Positions 40,734 through 52,879 of a stretch of DNA of 64,000 nucleotides are shown piece after piece. The stretch covers positions 1,674,001 through 1,738,000 of the forward strand of contig CM039004.1 in the NCBI GenBank assembly GCA_017499595.2, given 5' to 3'. The position numbers and the translations under genes were made by a program. Position 1 is the first letter of the stretch; the number at the start of each line of letters is the position of its first letter. Source of the stretch: Psilocybe cubensis (lineage: Eukaryota). The notes below the pieces were generated by a model. That model saw only the letters and a program-made list of their open reading frames with translations, was not told the DNA's origin and did not search any database.

Positions 40734-41839
40734 TTACTTTCCACCAGTGGTGCCCATACCCATGGCAGCCTTGAATGAATCATAGATCCACCATTGGAAG
40801 CCAGTGAGAGTACCAATCATGATAACACGAGTACCGAGACCCTTTGTGGCGAGACCAACGTAGCCAACCTCTCCGACGATCTGACCAATAGACTTGCCCT
40901 TGTTGCTGGCCTTTCCGAGTTGAGAGACGAGGGAATCAGCGGGGTGGGAGACGATAGCGCAAACAACACCGGCGAGGTAACCAGAAGCGAATGTGACTCC
41001 GAGCTGAGTGCCCTTGTTATAGGTTTCCTTGGGCTCGGTGAAGACATGAGTGTAGAAGAGCTGGACGATCTTTTCGAAGAAGAAGAACTTGGCCATGGTG
41101 TAAGGAATCTAGAAGAAGCAGAAAAAAGTTAGCAACTGTCGATGACCGCAAATTGGGAACGCATACTTGACGGGACCAAAGAGGAACGAGGGAGCCGAAG
41201 GGGAAGCGGGTCTCGAGCTTGGTGCGGTTCATCTCCTTGATAGCGGCGCCGAACGAGGTGGGGAAAGTACCGTTAGCACTGGTCTGAATCTTGACCTTGG
41301 CCATCTCAAGAGGGCAGAGAGCGATATCAGCGAAGACTTCAGCAGAGGCGGAACCAGCCAACCAGATAGCGGGTTTGTACTTGTTAGAAAGCTCCTCGCC
41401 GGCCAAGTTCATGTAGTAATCCTTGAAGACTTCGTAGAGACCATACTTGAACATTCCCTGGAGAGAGTAGCCGACGAAAGTAGGACCGAAACCCTTCCAG
41501 ATTCCTTTGGAACCTTCCTCGGCGACGAGGGTCTTGAGGGAAGGAATAAGACCGTTGTATTTTTGGGGGTTGACCTGGTGAAGAGAAACTTGAGAACGGG
41601 GCCCAAAAATGTGTGTTGATAGATGGATTACCTGCATGTTGCACTTGGCAACATCAAGAGGGGTGATGCCGGCGTGTGTCACACCGCAGGCGAGGACACC
41701 ACCAAGCATACACTTGGAGTAGTAGGCAAGGTCGTGGGGCACAGGCCCGAGATTTCTGGTTCACGGGTGGTTAGAAGGAGAAGAGGAAGACTGTACTAGG
41801 AAAAAGGAAATACCTAGCGTCCCACTTGACTGCAGACAT
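40734..41839 (-). CDS. PIC2: Mitochondrial phosphate carrier (SLC25A3/Pic2-type), copy B
   Basis: MSAVKWDAR start, with the same motifs and the same three intron positions as copy A. Codon usage is strongly C/G-ending. Confidence 0.92.
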
Positions 41840-42134
41840 GGTATAATGGACCGATAGACAAGTCTAGGAAAGTCTATGGGATGGAGCCTGTCCTTAGGAT
41901 GGAGGAAGGAGGAGAAAAGGAATAAAGTGTGCCAGCACTGATTTGCGAAAACTTGTTCAAGCCGGCTCTTCCCGGGCTGGGCCGAGCCAATCAGAAGCGA
42001 TCCGAGCGGAGGAAGGAGCTCTTGTAATATTTCTATGAGCAAAGTCAATTTCAAGTCGCTCTGTCACGGATTTTGTATTCTCTTATAAATAAGCTCCCAC
42101 CAGAATGCATCCTTCACATCTCACCAGCATCCCA

Positions 42135-43063
42135 ATGGCTCCTGTCGCCCTCTCTCCTCCCCACAAATCCACCTCTACTAATGGAATCCACAAGCCATCT
42201 CTGCCATGGCGTCCTACAGAGGTGGTCGACCCTCCAAAACGCTCGTCTTTCGCTTTCGACTCCATGGACTCGGCCCTAGCCGCTTTCGCTGCAGGTGAAT
42301 TCCTGGTGGTCATGGACGACGAAAACCGCGAGAACGAGGGCGATCTCATCATATCTGCTGCCCAGTGCACTACAGAGAAGATGGCCTGGATGATCAAACA
42401 TACAAGGTCTGTACTTGCCTAACTCCGCGCCCCCAGTCGGAGCACTCCAACTCGGCGTCTACAATCTTTCCATTACCAAGTTCCGGCTAACACGTGAAAT
42501 CACGTCCCCCCTTTTTTGCGCGTAGTGGTTACATCTGTATAGCTCTGCCTGGAGAGCGCCTCGAGGCCCTGGATATCCCAATGATGGTCCCCGACAACCA
42601 GGACAGACATCGGACAGCCTACACAGTCACTGTCGACTATAAGCATGGTGAGAAATTTATTAGCATTTGCCTCTCATACTGTTTATTCTTATCCCTTCCT
42701 TTTCCAGGTACTACCACCGGCATCTCCGCTCATGACCGCAGCCTGACTGCCCGCGCACTTGCCTCTCCATCTTCGCTTCCCAGTGACTTCAGCCGACCAG
42801 GCCACATGGTACCACTACGGGCTCGAGAAGGCGGCGTTCTGACACGCAAAGGACACACGGAAAGCAGCGTGGATCTTTGCCTTCTAACAGGTCAACCACC
42901 TGCAGGTGTTCTCTGTGAACTCGTGAACGATGATGCGCAAGGAACGATGGCTAGGCGCGACGACTGCCGTGCTTTTGCTGATCGGTGGGGCCTCAAAATG
43001 ATCAGTGTCGAAATGTTGGCCCAGTATAAAAGACTGCATCCACCATCAAGTGGACAGGCATAA
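42135..43063 (+). CDS. RIB3: 3,4-dihydroxy-2-butanone 4-phosphate synthase (riboflavin biosynthesis)
   Basis: [51 protein letters not shown] and GVLCELVND. Introns at 42407-42525 and about 42647-42708. Confidence 0.96.
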
Positions 43064-43213
43064 TCAATCGCTTTGTACATTAGATCCTCTCGACGAGGTA
43101 TGTTTAAAGGACAGTTTGGATGGTCGTATATAGGTTATTTTACAGGTATTTAAGGTTGGAAGTGGGTGTATGATATATCAAAATATCATTATTGTAATTT
43201 GCCATTCTACTCA

Positions 43214-44863
43214 TCAAGCTCGGACAGTTTTGCCAATCGAATATCCGACCTAGTATTGGCAGCGAGTTAGAAGAGGTGACGCCACATTATTAAGAAACTT
43301 TACCTTGACCAGAGTCTCAATAGGTTTCTGAGAGTTAGACACCAGATCTTCATCAAACCTAGCAGGATTTAGTATGGGACTTATACAACCTTAGAAACCG
43401 GAACATACTCGACAATTTCTTTGGGGAAAACGATAACAATTGTGCTTCCGCCATAAGCAAAGTATCTAAGAATTAGACCACATCAGTACGACATTAAAAG
43501 AAATTTGTTAGAACAAATACCCAAGTTCGTCTCCTCTTTTCAAAACGGCCCCCTTTTCTTTGCCGCCCGTCCACTGAATGCTGCCAACGAGAAGAGCACC
43601 CACGGCAACGTACGCGACCAATTGACCCGTCGGAATATGCTTCAGATACAAGATGGAACGGGTATTAGCCGTTAAAACATCGAAACCAGGTTCATTGATA
43701 GCTTGAGGATTGACTAAGAGATACAAAAAATAATCAAAGTCACTTGTGAAGATTTTCAAGTTTTAAAGCAAGATTTTACCTGTATAGAAATGACCTGGAA
43801 CGTTCTCAATGTCCCCAACCTCACAGTCAATGGGGCAGTGGAACCGATGGTAATCCGCAGGGGCGAGACGGAAAATAGCGATACTGGCGTTCTGGAAAGA
43901 CTCGGCTTTAGGTGAGTCGGGTGGCAGGTTAAGCAGATTAGGGACGTTAAAGTTCTGCCCTTTGACCCTGCAGTACGAAGCATTTAGCTGAATGTCCGGG
44001 TATTTGAGCTATCAGCTGAAATCCTACCAAAAGGCTTTAGCAAGGTCAATAGAAGTGAAAACTGTTAAACGGCAATCTGCGGCTGATACGATGACGCTTT
44101 TGTCGTCTTCGTTCTGAACCGGACGAGCATCCGGTTTCAATTTTCTGTAATCCAAGTTTCCGTGAGGCATTAAAAAATGAAAATGGAAAAAAAGTATCGA
44201 ACCTGTAAAAGAACTCGTTGAAATTCTTATACTTGGTGATATCGGGCTCGAGTAATTCATCAATCTGTATGGAATATGTCTCAATAAAAGAATGAATAGA
44301 TGCTGCAGATTTTGGATCGTCATAGATTTGTCCTTGCTATAGAGCAGAAATGCATATACAATAGATCAGAAAGAATCAATAAAGGATATCACTGCAGGAT
44401 ATGACCTTAATCGATTGTTGGCGAAGTAGCTGGTCTACTTTGTGCGTTCCAAGCACAACGATTTGTTCTTTTCCGTAGAATAAAAGATGCATTCCAAGTC
44501 TGTAGATATTTAGCCAACGTCTCAAGTGACGTCATGGTTTCGATAGGAAACGAACGCCTCTCACCTGGCGTATAAAGGCATAGTCTCAAAGAATGGTTCA
44601 GTGCTCCCTCTAACAATCACGTAGTTCCCGCAATGGTAGTCAACAGCCAATTTCTCTATGCCAGGTATCAAGGATTTGATCCAGTGAGAATTGATGAGAG
44701 AGCGAATTGGCGTATGGATGTGGTGGGTCACATTGGGTGCCTCTGCGGAGTGGTCCACAATGGCAGAAAGACCGTTTGCGATGTCTTCATGTGAGGCGTC
44801 TGGCAAGGTATCAGGTGTTACAGGATCGATAGGCTTGTCAATGTTGGACGCATGGAGGGACAT
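43214..44863 (-). CDS. Phosphatidylserine decarboxylase (Psd2-like catalytic domain, no C2 domain)
   Basis: FNEFFYRKLKPDARP, SAADCRL, WVKG, IFRLAPADYHRFHCP, VGALLVGSI and KRGDELGY-FAYGGST (pyruvoyl self-cleavage motif), ending VKVGYSIG. Confidence 0.92.
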
Positions 44864-45265
44864 TTTGGAGTACAGTGAATATCACGATGTAGAGAAGCAA
44901 CTGGTAATTAGAAACCAAAATAAATGCCGCAGAGAGCTCCAAAACAGCATGTTTAAGAATAGATGGATGACAAGGCGGGAACAACCCTTTTCAGGTATAC
45001 AAGGTCATTCTTCTATTTGAGCAAGAAAGGAGCCAAACGATTCCGACCAACAACAATATGTCTGCATTGACAAGTCAATATACAGTGGATAGATTATACG
45101 GCTTGCCGTGTGTTGTACAATTTCCCTTTGCCGGATTATGCCTCACACAGGTATATCCTCTACCATCCGGCCTATCATCCTTCAACCTTCTTCCAACAAA
45201 GCGCTTCGCATGCGTGGTATACGGCCTTCAGATATCTCTAATGTAGCGCGCATAATTTGTGTTGC

Positions 45266-45532
45266 CTATCTCTCCTTCGTCAATCTCTTCAACGCGGATC
45301 GTACTCTCGGTTCGACCTCCTTGAATTGGACCTTCTTTAACTGAGGTTCAAGTCGAAGATTGGCAGGCCATGCATCCCCTGCGTCCGCCTTCCTTTGCAT
45401 GAGCAGATCCATGAAGGTAGGTTTTTGGAGATCCTCGAATTGAGGACTTGGTCGGTTGAAAATTTTATGCTCGGGGATGTTGAGCGCCTTTCGGGGGACC
45501 ACACGAACAAGTCTTCTTGCTGTGGGACGCAT
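45266..45532 (-). CDS. Small basic 88-aa protein, probably mitochondrial
   Basis: Single ORF MRPTARRLVRVVPRKAL... with an Arg-rich, acid-free N-terminus. A canonical intron (GTAAGT...CGTAG, about 45533-45582) ends immediately before the ATG. Confidence 0.7.
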   Translation of the reverse strand: MRPTARRLVRVVPRKALNIPEHKIFNRPSPQFEDLQKPTFMDLLMQRKADAGDAWPANLRLEPQLKKVQFKEVEPRVRSALKRLTKER

Positions 45533-45717
45533 CTACGGTCATTTATAAGAGAAAGCTTTTGAAATGCAATATCAGGACTTACATTGAATGTTCCCCACGC
45601 GTAACAATTTCAAACGCAACGTCGTTGGAGAACTAAACGCGTCCACGCCCGGCTATTAGTGAATTGAGTAATAAACACAGCAAAACAAACCCCAATGAGG
45701 GTGTGAAAAATTAAATT

Positions 45718-45802
45718 CTCTCTGTCTGGGAGTCGAACCCAGCTTTCGCGCGCGCCGAACTATTATGACAGGCGCGTGTACTAACCGATATACTAACAGA
45801 GA
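45718..45802 (-). tRNA. tRNA-Asp(GTC) with 13-nt intron
   Basis: The minus strand reads TCTCTGTTAGTATATCGGTTAGTACACGCGCCTGTCA[TAATAGTTCGGCG]CGCGCGAAAGCTGGGTTCGACTCCCAGACAGAGAG. It has a 7-bp acceptor stem, a CGCGC/GCGCG anticodon stem, a GGTTCGA T-loop and a downstream T-run terminator. Confidence 0.95.
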
Positions 45803-46029
45803 CATGTATTAAACACTATATAACGTATATATCCAGCTTTAACAAACGAGACCATGGGCCGACAGATGACAGATGCTTGAAAAAGAGTGGCACAACGACA
45901 CAAACAAAACATCATTAACAAAGAATCCAGCTATATACATCTAGAATTATAATTTACAAATCATCTACAGCAGGTATGTATATAGTATGTAGATGTTAAC
46001 TCCTCAAGTGAGTGTACAACGTTGTGAGG

Positions 46030-48970
46030 TCACAATGGTGGTAAAGGCCGACGGCACTGTGGGCATATATTCTGTCAAGCATTCCAACTATTAGAGAAAA
46101 GACGGATAGTATGACGAGTCGTGTAACAGTACCTTGATAGCGAGCCACTAGACCATTGAAAGACAGGTCATAAAACGTTTACATTTTTTGAGAACTAGCT
46201 GAACGACTTACTCTCTCCAAACATTCAGTGTGCTAATTAGAATCAGCACGAGTGAGATTCTAGGAATTGAACCATAACTTACAAATAGATGTGAGCAGGG
46301 TGCGAGACTATAATTTTTCCTAGCTTTGTTTGCCCCGACACCCCTTCGAATAAAGCTAAATACACTCCCTGACGCGGATTCTTCCGTCGAGTCCGATTCA
46401 CTGTGTCTCCCGTCTAGGTATTTGGGACGCTTGGGCGGAGTAGCAGCAATAATAATGGAATCCATACAAATTGCACAATCACCGAGAGATTTTTCTGGAG
46501 ATTCCGAGTCTGGAAGAGGAATATACGGGTGGTAGTCGTGGATTTTCGCATTCGCATACTATAATCCATGAGTATTGCTGGGAGTTCCAAGACGATGGAA
46601 TGTACCGTACTTTTTGTGACAAGAAGAATGTTGGGCCAAAGGTGTCTTGTAAAATAACAACAGTAGCTTGAAGGACGACAAACACAGCAAGGGGCCATAT
46701 CCAAGCTGAAGAAAAGAATTAGAAAAAATAGCAAGCGCAACACAAATAACCCTCACATCTCGTTTCTACCTCTAAAACGTTTTTAGGACACCCAAGGAAG
46801 TCTGGAGAAGAGAGAAAGCATTAGACCAGCAATCCGCTTATGGATAGTTACCTTACAGAGTGCGAGGTAAAGACGGCAGGCAGTGGTGCCAAGAATGTAC
46901 TCTTTAGAAAGCCCGCTACTACGCCCACGACTGGCAGATCTCCAAATCTGAGCCATCCATATAGTCGAATATGTCAATACAAGGAATATTTTTGAAAGTG
47001 TAGGAGATAGGATGACTCTGACGATGACCGCCCAACATATAAACGACATAAGCCCTGCAATGTCTAATTAGCGAGAGGCGAAGAGGTGATATGTATATCA
47101 TACATATTTTAGTTTGTGTATCTGTTCTCACATGATTAACAAAGAAGGCCAGAAAGGAAGCGGGCCGATTGTTTTGTGTCTGTCCAGCCGGAGCTGGACT
47201 GAAAAATGCAGCAACGGCAGCTGGAATAAATGGCGGTCGAACATAATCTTCAGGACGTTGTATCGAATGAACGAGTATTGCGAATTGCTGCCACCTAGTT
47301 AGTGACAAGAGTAGAGAAATAAAGAGGACAGAAAACATACGGCTTCGTAAATGCTTACAACTAAAGCAAGGAATGCAGGGGCAATAAGAGAAAAGGACGA
47401 TCGACCCTCCGACAAGATGGCAAATGTAATATGGCCAGCGAATGAAATCAAGTCCATGAGGGGTTGAATTTCAAACGCATAACATGATACGCGAGATATT
47501 CCAGACGGTGTGCTACTTTGGTCAGCTTGACGAGAGAACAGTATTAACATAATCAAATATGCAATAGCTGTCGTTCCTGCATCTATTAACAGTCAGGTCT
47601 GAGAAAATATACTTAATATAATATAATGATGAATAAAAAACCAACAAGTTGTGACTTTACGGAAGAAAGTCCGAGACCTTTACACCTTAGGTGAGTAAGG
47701 TAATAGAAGAACGATGAACACGCGCTATACCTGAGTCCTTCGGTATTCGTAATTTCATACAAAACTCCACATTCTTTACTCAACAACAACCCTTTTAACC
47801 ATAATTTTGGAGCAGATACAGTCGTAATTCCAGTCGGGTTTTGCAGTTCATCCTCAAGATCTCGCATAAGGTGTTCTGGAACTTGAGTTGGTTGGATTTG
47901 GGCATAGAAAATAAACGGACACGCAGTCCTTGGTGCATCATCTTCTGGGTATTAGATTCAACTGAACGAAGAAATGAATTGATTTATACCGTTTGAAGAA
48001 TCCGTATCCAGTACACCGTCGTCGATGAGCTTTTTAAGCTTGTCAATTCTGGCTTGCAGTTCTGGTTCAATGACTTGTGCAGTTTGATTTATGAAACCTT
48101 CAGGGACAAGAGAAGGTAGCAGTCGTATGTCTATGTGTCGTCTGAATCGTATTCAGTGCAAGAGGATTGATAGTTGTATTCCAACCCACCCAGGAGGTTC
48201 AGCGAACCCATATATTGACCCATTCGATACGAAATGAACTCCTTCAAACTCGAGCCGCAAATTATCCTCCTCAGATGGATCCGTCAATTCAATTCTTCCC
48301 TACCGACAATAATGAGTTTGTAACACAGACAACCAAAGTTGGACGCACATGTACAAGAGCAATAGAACTCGTCAGTTCTTTAGTGACCGCGGATTCGGCA
48401 GGCTTCTTTTCCACCACACTAAGTGCAACTTTGGTTGTTGTATTCCAGCCCCAGCTCCCAAGTTTCTCTGTCATGTTTGTAGTATTGGCTCCAGTCATAA
48501 CGTCCTGAGCAAGATGTCTCCAGGGTAATGTTTCGTTTAGCGCAAGAGATGGAAGAGAAATGTTGGTAAATTGTGCATCTCCATGCACAAATCCGGTTAT
48601 ATTGCGATAATAGGATTCTATGCGTGGGTCCAACAGACTCCCCTTGACATGAAATGTCTCCATCAGGGGTGGTAACGATGGATCTGTTTCTGGCTAGAAT
48701 GGCCGCTATGAAGAAGAACTTGTCCATGGAGCAATGCGTACTTACTAAGGTAAAATTTGAAGCTGTTCCATTCAGCCATAATGTGTAGTTCGATAGCTGA
48801 TAATTGAGTGATTGGAGAGCTTCCTGGTACTGATGTCGAGCGAGGAAAACATCGCCATTGTGATTGGTAAACATGTAGATTAAGAAACCAAGGAAGAGAA
48901 TCATGGAAACAAAGCGAGTGCGACGGTCATGAACATAACGCGGCTCTCCATTGCGAGCAGGTGAATCCAT
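46030..48970 (-). CDS. TUL1: Transmembrane RING E3 ligase Tul1/Dsc1
   Basis: An N-terminal TM segment, a lumenal YYRNITGFVHG region, STPSGISRVS and several TM exons. The RING-H2 is split: CAICMDSI...YSLAPCSHLFH..CL.WLAIK.ICPQCRRPLPPL*. Confidence 0.9.
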
Positions 48971-49033
48971 TGAGAATAAATGGATCAAAGCTTGCCAATC
49001 CCAATGCCTACCAGTCACAACCCTCAACTACGT

Positions 49034-49120
49034 TTGCCGCGGCTGTAAATCTTGCCGCGGGAACATTTGGTGTTCTGGTCACAGATCACCCTTTCACGAA
49101 AACGCGTGACTTCGCGCGTT
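49034..49120. promoter_or_regulatory. SCB/MCB-like cell-cycle elements in the TUL1-NNF1 bidirectional promoter
   Basis: CACGAAA (49095-49101) directly abuts ACGCGT (49102-49107), followed by CGCGCGTT. TTGCCGCGG occurs twice just upstream. Confidence 0.45.
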
Positions 49121-49189
49121 CGAGTTGTATCCAGCTTCTAAATTGCAGCGTAATCTGGTTCCTTTACACCCACATTAATACTGCCTTCC

Positions 49190-50010
49190 ATGCTCAGCAG
49201 CCAGTCTGGAAGTAGACGCTGGACGCATTTTCACTCGGCGCTTATCCTTGCCGTTCAGCGATCAGCACACAAATGGACGTGAGTGCCCCTGTTTATCATC
49301 ACCACCGCGTTTCATGACTGTTGCTTTCCCAGGTTTGAGGACTTTGCGGAATGCTTCCCTCTTTTTGTAGAGTCAGATAGAAACGGCTCCTCTGCGACAT
49401 ATAATAGTATCTCGGAATACATAGAAACCCAGAATTTGGTGAGCTGCAAATCCCTGGTGCAGTTATGGATGTTTACTGTGGTATTCTACGTAGCGAGACC
49501 TGGATAAACTATTCACAGACTACAACGTCAAAGAAAAAATCGACGTGCTTCATAAAGTTGTTATCGAGGCCAAAGATAGGAAAGAAAAGGGTGACCTGGG
49601 GAAAGATATCTGGAAAGAAGATCTCGATCCAAGGGTTGCAGTGTGCGCCCGGACCGTGCCAGTCTTGAAATCTGAAGCTGCAAGGCTTCGAAAGCTTATC
49701 GCCGAGGTATGCTTTATGTTGCGCCTTTTATCCACTGCCTATTTATATATTTTTTTCGAAGATTGAGGAGGAGAATCGCGAGTTGGAGGCGGAATTGCAG
49801 GAAAAAGTGAAAGCGACTGATGATGCTAATGAACAAGTGTTAAAAACCTTGGATAAACTCGATCTAGTAAGACTTGCTTTAATACCAAAGGCATGGTTGT
49901 CTTATTCATATGTCAAGATTTTACAAGAGTGGAAATCACTACCCCAAGAAGAAATTGAAGCATGGACCGCACAGACTGTCGAATCCTTGAGCCCTAAACT
50001 ACGCTCATAA
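49190..50010 (+). CDS. NNF1: Kinetochore MIND/Mis12 complex subunit Nnf1 (PMF1)
   Basis: RRWTHFHSAL...WTFEDFAECFP...LFTDYNVKEKIDVLHKVVIEAKDR...LDPRVAV...LKSEAARL followed by a coiled coil. This fits the Nnf1 pattern and size (about 200 aa). Confidence 0.75.
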
Positions 50011-50555
50011 TCATATTTCATCTCCTGCTTTTGTGTGTAATCGCCCGTCAGATTGTATTTAAGTACCATAATTGTATATTTATGTAAGTATTCGATTGAT
50101 ATACACGACCTGCTTTTTGCCATTATCTGAAGATACATTACAATGCATCGTCAATTTTACTGGGGTTTCCAGACACTCGCCGAGGGATCGAACCAATATT
50201 TAAATCGCAAGGTTTTCGTAACAGTCTCATTATGTGGTTGAAGACGGCAACGACTGTTTAGCTCATAGATTAAGGGCAAGTAATATGCCGGAAGGACAGT
50301 GGATTTTCTCGAGTCCTATTGATAGCGCGTCTAGTGTTAGTTACTAATGATGGGTTGAGCATTATTAACGAACAAGGAGTGGTGCCCTTCAGACAAAACT
50401 GACCGCTTCACTCTGCTATTTCTAACGAAGCAGAAAGCCTACGATGACTCAAGAAGATGCCAAGAACGGATGGTGGTGAAATGTCTGGCAGGCTCTTTAA
50501 GACCGGATACGTTAATAATGAAACGAACTAATGTAATAGAAGCCAAACGCACTTG

Positions 50556-51324
50556 TCACAATTCTTCTGACTGAAAGAGCTGTTTGTAAAATTCGCGATT
50601 AGACAGCTCCTGCGATTGGGGTAAAGCTGATCTGATGCGAGTAAAAAGTGCCTTTCGTTTCATCATTTCGATATAGCACGGTGGGCGGTTCGACACCAAG
50701 CTTTGCGAAAAAACTTCCCTGTCATAGAAGTGGCCCGAACGCATTTCCATATGCGTATGGATGAAAAGATACATGCGCTGCTTCATGCTTTTGAAATCAT
50801 GGCTATCGATGTGGTCGGGATATCCGATATCACGCAGGAAGTCGGCTTCTGCATGCTGCAACTCAGCTGGAGAAAATCTTTCCCCCAATACGGAAAGCCA
50901 GAATGGCAAATGGTCCGCGTCGGCAGACTTAGCCAAAAGACGGTGCGATGCCATATATGCCCCAACAAAATAGCAAAGATATATGCGGTGAGGATAACTT
51001 GGCGGGCGGGCAACAGTATTTCGGAACCGCTCGAGGAGCGTAAGAGCACCTATTGCAACGGAATCGTCGAGTCGAGTTGACGCTAGGAATTGATCGATAA
51101 AGGAGTATAGACGGGATTGCCACCCGTCATACCTATCGAAGGTGTAGATCATGCAATCCTTAGCGAACAACCTGGTGATGTAGTTCGAGAAAAATAAGGC
51201 GATGTCACCATAATAGCTTCGAGGATAGTACAATGCCTGTTTGAGATTTTCCAATAAAGTTTAGTACTAGCGTTGCGTGAACAATATGAATAGGAAAACA
51301 CGAACTAACCTCTGATTCGTTCAT
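50556..51324 (-). CDS. Divergent cyclin-box protein (Pcl/Clg1-like fold)
   Basis: A short MNESE exon, an intron (GTTAGT...AACAG), then a long exon with LYSFIDQFLASTRLDDSVAIGALTLLERF...FVGAYMASHRLL...FW...FSPAELQHAEADFLRDIGY. The helix spacing resembles a cyclin box. The start codon is uncertain. Confidence 0.65.
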
Positions 51325-52879
51325 GACCGCGTATCAGGAGAAGAATGTGATGATTCACTATCATGTTGGTCTCCCAATGACTTTATACTGAGAACATACC
51401 TCGAGTGTGAGTAATGATCAGCCGTCAGATCGAAAGCAAACTTTCTACAATATTTGCGGCGTATATTAAACCCTGTCGAGAGTCCCTGAGAGTCTCGAGA
51501 ATGCAACATGGTTAAGAAGAAGTTTTTGATAGTTTATAGGAAATTGATCACTCTCCTTAATAACAGTGAACCATTGTGCATTCAACCCCAGAAAAGTTGA
51601 AGTACAATGCAAGGATGGTCAAGGATGGTCATGATTCAAACGTTGTGCGCATTGAGTAGCTTTGAGCCTTGACATCGCGATACAAACAAGTACAAGCAAG
51701 TCTCACTACGTATGACGTCATTTCTATTAGTATTACATACCATGGGCGGCTGGGACATGAGTCAGGCACTTCGGTCTACTGTTTGTGCATTTTTTGGTCG
51801 GGACCTCTTTTTCCAACTTTCATTTCCTGGCATCTTTTTTGAATCTCTTTATTATTGTGCAACAAGAAATCGCAGCTCTATCTACTATATATTACTATTA
51901 GTCGTTGGTGTGTATATCTAGTGGATCATCTGTAGGTACAGTGTCTTGTTGTTGCATCGGAGGAAATTCTCATTTAGACCAAATTTAGACCCACCAGAAC
52001 ACTGGCCAACTGCCCAAGCCAGTGAATGATGTAGTAAAGACTGTACTGCCCTAGTAGCACTACGACTTGCTACAATGCTCTTCAATGACTGGAAGTCAAA
52101 AATTAAACCCTATAGATTAAAGTCGACCAGAATCATAATAATTGTGTCTTTCGGAAAACTAGATCGTTCAATGTCATATTAAAATTCGCAGAAGATGCTA
52201 AGAAGATGGTATGTAAGGGTATGTAGTTGATTTTTTTTTACTTTAGAGCTTACTATATTACATTCCTCTTGGATTCCGAAGCTTGATCGAGACGAGCAGC
52301 TTTGCAGTCCAATTCCGACGTTTCGGCGGCATAGCTTCTGAATAAATTCAGAACTTGAATAGCTGTGAAAGCTGATGAAATGGGAACTGGAGAAAGGTCA
52401 AATCAGCGTGGATATCGCTGCTATCAATGGCCCCACATTATTCCGAAGAATGAATCATATACACCACGATTGCAAGTCACTACCTGGAAGGCCCATAGAG
52501 TCCATTGCTGTGCCATGGCAACTTTCTCGTTCATTTCAAACCTTCGAACTGACGATCGTAAAACGAATTTTATTCATCATTCTGAATTATTGATATCCTC
52601 ACCAGGGTGCGACATTGATATGAAAGCTTCGTGTCTAGAAAAAGTGTAAAACAAATAGAACAAAAAATACGGAACAGTTGGCTGGTGTTTATAAAGGGTA
52701 TCGGATTAATGTACCAGGGGAGCTTGAAACAGAGCATTAACTATTGCTACAAAGTTTGGTATTCAGTAAAGTGTACCTATTTGGTCAAAAATAATTCAAG
52801 AGGAAAGAAGAAAAAAATTAATTGTAACATGAAAAATGGAAAAGATAGATGAGAATCAGTAAGGCCGCCTGTAGTCTGT

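Noticed and set aside
39020-44863. Carriers + RIB3 + decarboxylase as a metabolic or psilocybin-like cluster
   Set aside because: There is no kinase, methyltransferase, P450 or backbone synthase, and all members are explainable as primary metabolism.
52370-52540. Imperfect inverted repeat (TGAAATG..GAGAAAG / CTTTCTC..CATTTCA) and a 72-aa ORF, as a possible MITE
   Set aside because: The arms are gapped and short, there is no target-site duplication, and no second copy occurs in the window.
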